IMG/VR virus record: IMGVR_UViG_3300011336_000270
Coordinates: 1 to 52,320 of that record
Length of the DNA stretch: 52,320 bases
Origin: a virus
Lineage: Duplodnaviria > Caudoviricetes
Direction: 5' to 3' (one strand)
Below, in pieces: positions 29,389 to 37,528 of this stretch. A model generated the notes under the pieces. It made no database searches, was not told the DNA's origin, and was given only the letters and a program-made list of their open reading frames with translations. Numbering within the stretch: position 1 is the stretch's first letter; every line of letters begins with the position of its first letter. The position numbers and the translations under genes were made by a program.

Positions 29389-29562
29389 CTAGCTACCGCC
29401 GCCCCATGCCCTCCAGACATGATACAGTTGGTAGTCGGGTGAAAGATTGATGAAGCATTCTCTGGATGGAAGAACATACCCAGATGTTTCCGACAATGCT
29501 TGAGCTATGTAATACAACTGGTAGTCAGTTGTCGCGCTCATAAAGCATTCTTTAGTCGGCAT
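29389..29562 (-). CDS. Small virion protein with two ECF...DYQLY repeats (57 aa; not in the ORF track)
   Basis: MPTKECFMSATTDYQLYYIAQALSETSGYVLPSRECFINLSPDYQLYHVWRAWGGGS*. Confidence 0.8.
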   Translation of the reverse strand: MPTKECFMSATTDYQLYYIAQALSETSGYVLPSRECFINLSPDYQLYHVWRAWGGGS

Positions 29563-29577
29563 AGAAATTCAGTTGCA

Positions 29578-29610
29578 TGGAGCGCAGAGGGATTCTCCCT
29601 CCACGCCCCA
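29578..29610 (-). terminator. RNA hairpin after the putative decoration gene
   Basis: UGGGGCGUGGAGGGA-GAA-UCCCUCUGCGCUCCA forms a 15-bp stem that pairs fully only on the minus strand, using G-U pairs. Confidence 0.65.
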
Positions 29611-29628
29611 AGATTATCGTTAACGATA

Positions 29629-30240
29629 TTAGTAGTAGATTCCGATGGCGAAGGCGTTGACTTTAAGTGCGCCAACTCGTCCAGCAGTATCAGCACCAGA
29701 AACCACATTAGCACCAACATTCTCGTAGGTGAAGGTTGTCGAATCTACAACAGTCACGCAAGCGTCCACAGCGTTGAAGCTGGAATCAGTCATCGAAGCG
29801 ATGGTGATAAGGTCGCCAGTAGTGAAGCCGTGAGCAGCACCAGTCACGATGGTAGCAACACCATTCGTACGAGCGCGGGTGGCTGTAGCCTGACCAAGAC
29901 CAACAACAACTTTCTCAAGTGTGAGGGTGTCTGTTCCACTAACAGTTGGGACAGGGTTGGCAACGAGAGCGAGGTAATTCGCTCCACCAACATTGTCGAG
30001 AGCGTCAGTAATAGTGAGGGTCGATGTGATCGCATTAGTTCCATCGGTGGCGCGAACTTGAGGGTCGGTGGCCGTGGTTCCTTTTGCGTATGCAGTTTCG
30101 AGGATAACACTCTGGACGAGGAAACGAGTGTCCTGATCGTTGAGACGAACGAGAACAGCGTTACCAGCCTCCAAGAGGTTGATGGTTTGAGGGCCGAACA
30201 TAGCGACCCGCTGTGGGATGATTGGGCGTCGATTAGACAT
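29629..30240 (-). CDS. Putative capsid decoration / minor capsid protein
   Basis: Follows the MCP; ATIVTGAAHGFTTGDLITI...FTY beta module frequent in virion proteins. Confidence 0.6.
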   Translation of the reverse strand: MSNRRPIIPQRVAMFGPQTINLLEAGNAVLVRLNDQDTRFLVQSVILETAYAKGTTATDPQVRATDGTNAITSTLTITDALDNVGGANYLALVANPVPTVSGTDTLTLEKVVVGLGQATATRARTNGVATIVTGAAHGFTTGDLITIASMTDSSFNAVDACVTVVDSTTFTYENVGANVVSGADTAGRVGALKVNAFAIGIYY

Positions 30241-30259
30241 ATTATTTAATTAGTTTTTG

Positions 30260-30529
30260 TTACAGAGTTGGTGCAAAAGCAGACGCCAGAACCTCATTAA
30301 CGAGATTCATCTGAGCGTCTTCAGTTTGTTGCTCAAAGCAGTTTTGTGTTACAGGAGATTCGACTCCAGCAATCGTCGCAAGCGAGATGTAGAACTGGTA
30401 AAGTTTACCAGAGCTATTCATCGTGCTGTAGCATCCGAGGCCAACTGGAGAAATACCAGCGGCGTTCGCAAGCGTAAGAACGAATTGATAGGAGCGATCT
30501 GCGTAACTTAGGTCTGTGAAGCAAGCCAT
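30260..30529 (-). CDS. Small virion protein with three C(F/Y)...Y repeats
   Basis: MACFTDLSYADRSYQF / GCYSTMNSSGKLYQF / NCFEQQTEDAQMNL. Confidence 0.7.
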   Translation of the reverse strand: MACFTDLSYADRSYQFVLTLANAAGISPVGLGCYSTMNSSGKLYQFYISLATIAGVESPVTQNCFEQQTEDAQMNLVNEVLASAFAPTL

Positions 30530-30545
30530 TTTATTTTTCCTTTCT

Positions 30546-30585
30546 CCCATAGAGGAGTGGGAATTTTCCCACCCCTCAGTTGGGG
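30546..30585 (-). terminator. Hairpin downstream of the major capsid gene
   Basis: GAGGGGUGGGAA/UUCCCACUCCUC stem just after the MCP stop. Confidence 0.55.
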
Positions 30586-30593
30586 ATTATGAG

Positions 30594-32009
30594 TTAGGGT
30601 GTTGGAGCAACGATGTCGCCTACGCCTTCGCAGGAGTAGCAATCAGGTGTCGTGCTGCAAGCCGTGTAGGTGTTCAGTTCGCAGCAGGAGCCGTAGAGGT
30701 TACGGGCTTTCGGCATACGATGCAGGAACACATGGATTAGGGTCGGATCTTTGACCTGTGCTGCAAGGCGGAACTGGGCTTGATAGAAGCCAGATTTGCG
30801 CCAGCGGTTGCACTCCCAATCTGGGTTCTTCCATTCCCAGTCACCAGCGTAGTTCTGGGTCATTTGCTGGGCTTGGCCGTATCCAGTCGAGGATGGCATT
30901 GTCCACTTGGTCATTGCTTTATTCACAATCGCGGCAGAGATCGCAAAATCGGCGTTCTGGTAGTCGCGGTTAGGAATGTACGAGCAACCGTTCTCTTGAG
31001 CAACTTTCACATAGCGAGGAACGCGGACGAGGCGAGGCCATGTGGAGGCATCGCTGGCGTTGAACGCAGGGAGCGTAGCATTAAATGCGCTATCAGCATT
31101 AAAGCGGAGCGAGTTAATGTCGTAACCGAAAGCGTAGTCGCCAATGATTCGATTCACGCCCAGCTTGAGGCTAGTAAGGCGGCTGTCGAAGTCGGTGTTA
31201 GCATCCCAGTAACCATTGTTGCGCTTGGCTTGGAAGTATAGACCGCGGCCAACGCGAGGATCAGGGATAACGATGTCGAGGAGAGGCATTCCGGCGGCCT
31301 CAGAGAGGTCGAGGCGGAAGGCGTCATCTTCGTTTTGGAGTTCGACGAGGGCATCATCGAGCATATCCAACGAGAGGTAAGCGATCTTGTTCAGATCAGC
31401 AGCGGCGACTTTGACACGGATGTGGCAGAGGTCGTAACCAGATTCGTTGTTGGTGGTATGCTCAGGGATGAACCAAGCAGCGTCATCGAGGAGTCCGCAA
31501 TAGACACCATCATCGTTAACGACACCAAGCCACTTGTGGCCTGCGCCGCCGATATAATTGGCGCGGAGGAATTCCTCATGGACATTCTTGGTGATGCGAG
31601 CGTTCGACTCTTCAAACTGAAGGATCTCTTCAGCGGGGAAAAGGCGATAGAGCAAGCTCTCAACGCAAATCCAGTCCGTGGTCATCTCTTTGCGGAGAAG
31701 CTCGAAGGTGTAGCTTTCCGTGCCGGGGCGTTGGATGACTTCGGGTTTGCTGTCGCAGGAATCCGTGTTGCAGTAGGTGTCAACGATCTTGCGGAACGGG
31801 CTGCAAGGATCGTAGAAACCACGGCCAAAGCGGAAGCCTTTTTGCTCGGTGGTGTGATTGAGGGGCCATGCTTGCTCCTCGAAACGGGTGAAGTAGGTCG
31901 AGTTGGTGACGAGCTTCTTCACATAAAGGTCGTTGAAATATTCACGGCCTTCGCGGAAAAAGCTATCAATCTCGGCGCACGAATTAAAATATAATTGCTC
32001 AGAGGCCAT
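30594..32009 (-). CDS. Major capsid protein
   Basis: 471 aa, follows scaffold and portal; biased codon usage, long A/C-rich leader and downstream hairpin. Confidence 0.75.
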   Translation of the reverse strand: MASEQLYFNSCAEIDSFFREGREYFNDLYVKKLVTNSTYFTRFEEQAWPLNHTTEQKGFRFGRGFYDPCSPFRKIVDTYCNTDSCDSKPEVIQRPGTESYTFELLRKEMTTDWICVESLLYRLFPAEEILQFEESNARITKNVHEEFLRANYIGGAGHKWLGVVNDDGVYCGLLDDAAWFIPEHTTNNESGYDLCHIRVKVAAADLNKIAYLSLDMLDDALVELQNEDDAFRLDLSEAAGMPLLDIVIPDPRVGRGLYFQAKRNNGYWDANTDFDSRLTSLKLGVNRIIGDYAFGYDINSLRFNADSAFNATLPAFNASDASTWPRLVRVPRYVKVAQENGCSYIPNRDYQNADFAISAAIVNKAMTKWTMPSSTGYGQAQQMTQNYAGDWEWKNPDWECNRWRKSGFYQAQFRLAAQVKDPTLIHVFLHRMPKARNLYGSCCELNTYTACSTTPDCYSCEGVGDIVAPTP

Positions 32010-32055
32010 ATTAATTGATTTAGTTTATTGTTTGTTTAGGTTTGGTTTGGTTTTG

Positions 32056-32230
32056 ACTCGCTAACAATTCACAGAGGAACGCCAAGCGAGTGCTTGTTGT
32101 CCTCTGCTGGAATCAACCCAGAGTGCCTTTCGGCTCAGTCCAGAATTACAGTTTGTTTGCGAGGTCTGTGACTCGCCAGCCTGGGTGCGACTGAATCCCT
32201 AACGGCTCACGCCTTCGGATATCCCATTTC
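32056..32230 (-). ncRNA. Structured 5' leader of the capsid gene with an H-type pseudoknot
   Basis: Interleaved helices 32056-62/32085-91 and 32072-78/32100-06; GCC-GAAA-GGC; further stems 32135-40/32189-94 and 32159-63/32172-76; TTGACA at 32264-32259 upstream. Confidence 0.55.
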
Positions 32231-32285
32231 GATTCAAAAATAATAGGTAAAGAAAACCTGTCAAATCTTTTTTTAATAAAAATAA

Positions 32286-32323
32286 AAAGGGGAAGTATGG
32301 TGTAGTTCCACACTCCCCCCTTT
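32286..32323 (-). terminator. Intrinsic terminator after the scaffold gene
   Basis: Minus-strand stem AAAGGGGGGAGUGUGG/CCAUACUUCCCCUUUU followed by a U-rich tract. Confidence 0.65.
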
Positions 32324-32342
32324 CAGCTTTGTTGGATCAGGG

Positions 32343-33635
32343 CTACGCGCTCGCAAGATTGCGGCCAGATGGTGAGAACCTCGCCAGCTTTGCCGCCAGT
32401 CCCTCAGTCACATTCATCCTCCGTTGCTGAGATTCTGAAACGCGGGGAGTCGAGTCCACACGCGATGCTCCCTTGAGCTTCCCGATGTAATCGTCTTTCT
32501 CTTTCACCATTTCTTGAAGTGCCTTAACTTGTGCTTGGAGCTTCTTGTATGCTCGACCTTGGTTGATGAGTCGGTTCATGTCATCTACAGATGCTTCCTC
32601 GCTTGATTGCTGGGTGGCAATAAGTGCAATGGCGTCATCTTTCGATGTGTCGTATTTAATTCCCTTTTCCTTCATATAGGCAACAATGTCATCAGAGATG
32701 CTGGACTCTTGCTCAATCTCTGCTGCTTGCTGCTTATAGCTATCGTGCCATGTGTTTATGAACTTGGTTCGCGCTTCCTGTTCCTTACGCTTTGCGGCGT
32801 TTTGGATTTCAGTCTTTGTCTGCTGGTAGTTGATGAGTGCTTCGGAGTGGCGTTCAGTTGCATCAAGGTAGTCTTTGATGTAATCCGCGAACCTTACTTG
32901 CTTGAAGGTTCCCAAGCTGTTTGTGATTTCCTCGAAAGCCTCATCGCGCTCGCGGATGGATGCCTGCCTATCATCTTCGTTCGTATGGTGGTAGATCGCT
33001 CCGTTTGCCGCGATTGCCCGCTGGAACAATGATTGGAGTGTGCTGTCGTTTCCGACAATCTCCCGCGCCGAGTTATAGCTTTGCTTGATCGGTTCAAAGT
33101 ATTGCTTCTGGAAATCGGGATTGCTGGTCAGATCATGGAAGTCCAGCTTACCGCGAAGGTCTGCAATTTCCTTTGATAAGTTTGCCTCTAATTGAGCTTT
33201 CTCCTCGTTCGCTTTATTGAGTTGGGCTTGGTAGTGGTTAGCCTCTGCTGTTGTCGAGGAGTTCTGAACCAATGCTTCAAGCTCCGCGATTTTCTGCGTA
33301 TACTTCGGAACTTCGTCCTTCTTGAACTTCTCCAACTCTTCTTTGAGTCGGCGGTTCTCCTCGATCTGCTTTTGAACAAACCCAGATTTCTTGATGTTCA
33401 AATCTTTCTTAGGCTCGTTATCGTTAACGATAACTTCAGATTCATCTTCGATTGGCTCCTCTTCTGATTGGCGCATACCAATCATTGGGTCGCCGACATT
33501 GGTTCCGCTTGGCTTGCCGTCATCGGCTTGCTGCTTGCTGAACTTGGCAAGGAAGTCTTTAGTGTTCCCTTTGATAGGAACCTCTGGCTTGCTTGTTAGG
33601 TCTTTGATGATTTCTGCTGTGGTTTGTTCGCTCAT
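32343..33635 (-). CDS. Capsid scaffolding protein
   Basis: Acidic, long coiled coil; lies between portal and MCP. Confidence 0.7.
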   Translation of the reverse strand: MSEQTTAEIIKDLTSKPEVPIKGNTKDFLAKFSKQQADDGKPSGTNVGDPMIGMRQSEEEPIEDESEVIVNDNEPKKDLNIKKSGFVQKQIEENRRLKEELEKFKKDEVPKYTQKIAELEALVQNSSTTAEANHYQAQLNKANEEKAQLEANLSKEIADLRGKLDFHDLTSNPDFQKQYFEPIKQSYNSAREIVGNDSTLQSLFQRAIAANGAIYHHTNEDDRQASIRERDEAFEEITNSLGTFKQVRFADYIKDYLDATERHSEALINYQQTKTEIQNAAKRKEQEARTKFINTWHDSYKQQAAEIEQESSISDDIVAYMKEKGIKYDTSKDDAIALIATQQSSEEASVDDMNRLINQGRAYKKLQAQVKALQEMVKEKDDYIGKLKGASRVDSTPRVSESQQRRMNVTEGLAAKLARFSPSGRNLASA

Positions 33636-33874
33636 AAGTCTTGTAGATCAGGGTCTGATATTGCGTTTTCTTCAACTTGGATTGTTGGTTTTTTGGTTTT
33701 CTTGAATTGGGTAGGTGTATCCTCTCCAATTGAGTTTATCCTGTTGAAGATGTCCCTTGCCGTATCAATGCCGCACGATGGTTGCGCGGTCATTAACAGG
33801 TAGGTTTGTAGAGCAGCCCAATCCTCATGGTTGGCTATGCTTCCACAGAGGCTTTTGATTTTATCGGTTTTCAT
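33632..33874 (-). CDS. Hypothetical protein between portal and scaffold
   Basis: Overlap-coupled ORF. Confidence 0.7.
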   Translation of the reverse strand: MKTDKIKSLCGSIANHEDWAALQTYLLMTAQPSCGIDTARDIFNRINSIGEDTPTQFKKTKKPTIQVEENAISDPDLQDL

Positions 33875-36396
33875 TGTTTAGGTTGAGTTGGGGTCTGTGG
33901 TGTCTGTTCTTCAGTTTCCATTTCAGTTTCTTCCATCTCAACTTCTTCGCCGGGAGTCTCGATCTCTTCTTCCTCGGTTTCTACCTCCTCGACTTCTTCC
34001 TCTTCTTCCATTTCTGGAGCTTCGGGAGCCTGTTGCATAGGCTGGGCTTTGCCCATTGTCTTTTGAATCTCGGCGCGAGCCTTGGCTTTCTGTAGCGCGA
34101 GTTGGGTAATACCCTGCTGTTTGCGTTGCTCTGTGCGCTGGGCGTGGCTGACAGATGCCTTGCCGATAGAGATGTCTGCGAGCTTCTGCTTGGTGTCGAT
34201 CTCGATACCAGACTTGGCCGCGAGGTATTGGAGCTTGATGTCTTCTTCGGACATTCCTTTGCCTTGACCCTGCTGTTCGCTCTGGAGCATTTCTTGGTAA
34301 ACGGAATTGATCTCGTCGCCCATCTTTCCAGCTTGTCCCATACCTTCCATGAATTGCTTGAGGAAGTCTTGCTTGGACTGGTCTTTGGCGATGAACTCCA
34401 CATGGGCCATGATGTGACCACCCTTGAACTGGATGGAACGGACAACCTTGGCGAGTTCGTTGACATCCGCCGCACCTTGCTGGATCGCCTGCATATTCGT
34501 TTGAATCTGCATCATCATGTCTTGGAAGTGACCAGTAGCGTGTTCGATGTGCGGGTCGGTTGGCAATACTGGGAAGTTTGCTGGGTTGACGAACACATCC
34601 GTCATGCCTGCGTTCTCGAAACCAATGATACGGGCAGTATCATCAATCTTGCTCATCTTCGTATTGCGATACCTAGCTACATTGTCCCGCCCCGCCAAAG
34701 CTGCGATGGCGTCTTTAACGGCATTCTCTTGTCCTTCGTTGGCTGGAGTAATGCTAGTAAGCGATACAAGTTTCTCCGCTGTGATGAGCTTGAAGCTAGG
34801 GCTTCCCGCTCCGTTGATGAGATTGCTTCGGATGCTGGTGATGTTCTTCCAAGCGGCAGCTTCTTTAGGAGTTCCAAGTTCCTCAAGAATTTCGTAGAAT
34901 TTTTTGACATACTCGTATCCCTCGTCATTGCGAGTTGAGGATACAAATCGGCGGTATAACTCACGGAAATATAAAGTTTCGCACTCGTTGAAACGCCTGA
35001 TTTGAGTTCCAGAAAGTTTTGCCGATTCCGCCGCATCGAGTTCCGCTTCGCCTTTAGTGCGTTGCGCTCCTCCTGCTGTTGGTGCATTGATGCGATACTG
35101 GCCGAGGCCGCGATAGAGATCGCCCATGTAGAACTGCATGAACTGCATTCCCTCGGCGACTGGCATCTGGAACCTGTTCTGTGTGAACTTGGCTCCGTCT
35201 GGCATAACGCTGATCGGAAGCCATTCCATCTGCTTGAGCATCTTGGTTGAGTCTGGCGAGCCGCCATCCAATAAAAGCATCGAGTTCAATCGAACGGCAT
35301 CTACAAGCCCGTTCATCGTGAAGTCATACTGGCGGCAGGCTACGAACGCCGCTTCTGCTTGGGACTTGATGTCGTGGAATAATCCACTACCCACTGAATC
35401 GGTGAGCATATAGAGGATTTGATCCCATTTGTCGAAAAGCCCGACATTAAGTTGGAGGAAACCATGCTGGTCACGGACAACCGCTTCGCTGACTTTTTCG
35501 TTGCCTTTGACATACTGGTTGATGTATTGGCTGATTGGGTTGTAGTCTTGGAGGATGACTGCTTTGCTGATTGTGCCGTCGAATTCCCTCCAGTAGATTT
35601 CGTAGAGGTCGATCTTTTGATTGACCGAGAGTGACCAATTGAACCCGCTTTCAGAGATCGTGCGGAAGAAGTCTTCCCGCGTTTTGTTGTGTTCCGAGAA
35701 TGCTTTGTGGAATCGGATGGCGTCGATGACTGCATCAACATTCCACCCAAGGTCTTCGGCGGCAGATCGGTTTTCGATGATCTTGTAGAGTTGATATGGG
35801 GTGAGTCGAACTCGCCGCACAAATTCTTCCAGATTCGAAAAATCAACTTTGATGTCATCAGGGAACAAGAGGTCAGAAAGCGGAACATATTCCGGCATCC
35901 ATCCAAGAGGAGAGTGCCACATTCCGATGCCTTTTCCGTAGAGCAGCATCGACTCAAGTTCTTGCTCTTTGTTGTAGAGATACCCCGGCCATTCGCGGAT
36001 CGCTTTGTCAAACGCGAGCGTAATGTTTTCCGTGTGGACGAGTCTTTCTTTTTCATTGCCATATTTTGTTTCGATTGTTGCACAGGTTTGTCTTTCTGTA
36101 AGAATATCGTAGAAAGAACTTTTTTGATTACTTACAATGTAATCCATCTGACCCCAGTTCACATCTGATTGCCACGATAATTTCTTCTCTGACAACTTAC
36201 TATAACCTGTAGGCGGGAAGCGTTTGTAGCTACGAAATATTCGGATACGCTTATTTTCACGCCCGACATTGGCTAGTGACAAATTATTAGCAATATTATA
36301 TGCATGATTTGCAGATGATATTCTAGTGTTCGGAACTTCTCCGTCCGGCCCGAGTGATAATAAACTGAAGTTGTCTGACCCTACTTGAATTGGCAT
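33871..36396 (-). CDS. Portal protein (P22-like, long helical C-terminus)
   Basis: 841 aa; RTKGEAEL motif (compare TAxE in podoviral portals), Gln-rich barrel-like tail and acidic end; synteny. Confidence 0.75.
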   Translation of the reverse strand: MPIQVGSDNFSLLSLGPDGEVPNTRISSANHAYNIANNLSLANVGRENKRIRIFRSYKRFPPTGYSKLSEKKLSWQSDVNWGQMDYIVSNQKSSFYDILTERQTCATIETKYGNEKERLVHTENITLAFDKAIREWPGYLYNKEQELESMLLYGKGIGMWHSPLGWMPEYVPLSDLLFPDDIKVDFSNLEEFVRRVRLTPYQLYKIIENRSAAEDLGWNVDAVIDAIRFHKAFSEHNKTREDFFRTISESGFNWSLSVNQKIDLYEIYWREFDGTISKAVILQDYNPISQYINQYVKGNEKVSEAVVRDQHGFLQLNVGLFDKWDQILYMLTDSVGSGLFHDIKSQAEAAFVACRQYDFTMNGLVDAVRLNSMLLLDGGSPDSTKMLKQMEWLPISVMPDGAKFTQNRFQMPVAEGMQFMQFYMGDLYRGLGQYRINAPTAGGAQRTKGEAELDAAESAKLSGTQIRRFNECETLYFRELYRRFVSSTRNDEGYEYVKKFYEILEELGTPKEAAAWKNITSIRSNLINGAGSPSFKLITAEKLVSLTSITPANEGQENAVKDAIAALAGRDNVARYRNTKMSKIDDTARIIGFENAGMTDVFVNPANFPVLPTDPHIEHATGHFQDMMMQIQTNMQAIQQGAADVNELAKVVRSIQFKGGHIMAHVEFIAKDQSKQDFLKQFMEGMGQAGKMGDEINSVYQEMLQSEQQGQGKGMSEEDIKLQYLAAKSGIEIDTKQKLADISIGKASVSHAQRTEQRKQQGITQLALQKAKARAEIQKTMGKAQPMQQAPEAPEMEEEEEVEEVETEEEEIETPGEEVEMEETEMETEEQTPQTPTQPKQ

Positions 36397-37097
36397 AATA
36401 ATTTACTTCCTTTTTTAAGGTTTTCGATGGCCCACAATGGTCGCAGATTCGTGTAATGATTCAAGCGCAAAATTTGTTCTTCAGATTTTGCTGAAGCCAA
36501 TGGAACAATGTGGTCTATATGCCATTCGCTGCGATTATCCCAAGACATATTCGGTTGGAATTGAGATTGAATATGGTTCAGAAATTCATTGAATGTGCAT
36601 CCAAGTATTTCTTCGGTTCTATTCTTTTTAATAAATTTTCTTTTTCTCAATGAAATTCCAATAAGATTTCTTATATCTTGGCTGGCTTTAAAGAGAGGAT
36701 CGCAATTCCTTCTTTCATAAAAATATTGGTTAAGTCGATCTTTATTCTGCTCTCTATATCTTTTTTTATTTAGCTTATTTCTTTCTTGATTGGAGGCATT
36801 CCAGTCCCTTGTTCTTTGTTTCAGCTTTTCCGAGTTTTTTGAGTAATACTCCAGATGATATTCTTTTAATTTCTGCTTGTTGTTTTGCCTGTATGAAGCA
36901 TCTTGTTGACGCTTCTTATCCTTATTATTCTTTGTCCATCTCGCTTGCTTAAGCCTTGCTTTTTCGAGTCGCTTTACATACTGCTCTGGAGTTGACCAGT
37001 ATTCTGGATTTTTTCGTTTGTGTTTATATTCGATAAATACCATTCCATCCTCGCGGACATCTCCCATTTTATATTTTATTGGATTGGCAGTAATCAT
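36381..37097 (-). CDS. Free-standing HNH homing endonuclease (paralog of 4051..4908)
   Basis: GDVREDG N-terminus; LGCTFNEFLNHIQSQF...WHIDHIVPLAS...LNHYTNLRPLWAIENLKKG. Confidence 0.88.
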   Translation of the reverse strand: MITANPIKYKMGDVREDGMVFIEYKHKRKNPEYWSTPEQYVKRLEKARLKQARWTKNNKDKKRQQDASYRQNNKQKLKEYHLEYYSKNSEKLKQRTRDWNASNQERNKLNKKRYREQNKDRLNQYFYERRNCDPLFKASQDIRNLIGISLRKRKFIKKNRTEEILGCTFNEFLNHIQSQFQPNMSWDNRSEWHIDHIVPLASAKSEEQILRLNHYTNLRPLWAIENLKKGSKLLCQFK

Positions 37098-37113
37098 TAT
37101 CGTTAACGATAAA

Positions 37114-37491
37114 TCACTTCTTAAAAAAGCTATTTAATGTTTGCCTGCGTCTTTGGCAGCTACTACATCCTTTGGCTCGTTGCTCTAATTTTGTTCCTGC
37201 TATCCTGTCAACTACTCTTGCTACTCCATGAATAGCTTGTGCAACATGATCTCCTGCTCCCATCCAGCATCTATCCGATGGTTGGCGCTCGCAGATTTGG
37301 GTTTCGATTGCATCGGCAAGATCAGCTGGCGCAGTAACCCCGTTTGATCTCATATCTTTGATCGTATTCTCGATTAGGCGCGTCAATGATTCTCCATATA
37401 CAGTTGCTGGAAATTCCAGGTTGTTGCGGGTGATCGTGTATTTATAATAAAACCCGCCTACAGGAGCGCGTCGAGGTTCTTTAAGTTTCAT
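37114..37491 (-). CDS. Hypothetical Cys-containing protein (PxGGxxY N-terminus, C-terminal GCxxCxxR)
   Basis: ATG 37491; divergent from terL across a 37-bp gap. Confidence 0.7.
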   Translation of the reverse strand: MKLKEPRRAPVGGFYYKYTITRNNLEFPATVYGESLTRLIENTIKDMRSNGVTAPADLADAIETQICERQPSDRCWMGAGDHVAQAIHGVARVVDRIAGTKLEQRAKGCSSCQRRRQTLNSFFKK

Positions 37492-37528
37492 CTTGCCTTG
37501 CGCGTGAAGATGGGGTTTCATCCTTCCC

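Noticed and set aside
29500-36168. Long antisense or alternative-frame ORFs over the capsid and portal genes (e.g. 29500..30249, 31335..31994, 34102..34938, 35340..36083)
   Set aside because: Expected by-products of biased codon usage in the real minus-strand genes; no motifs or start context
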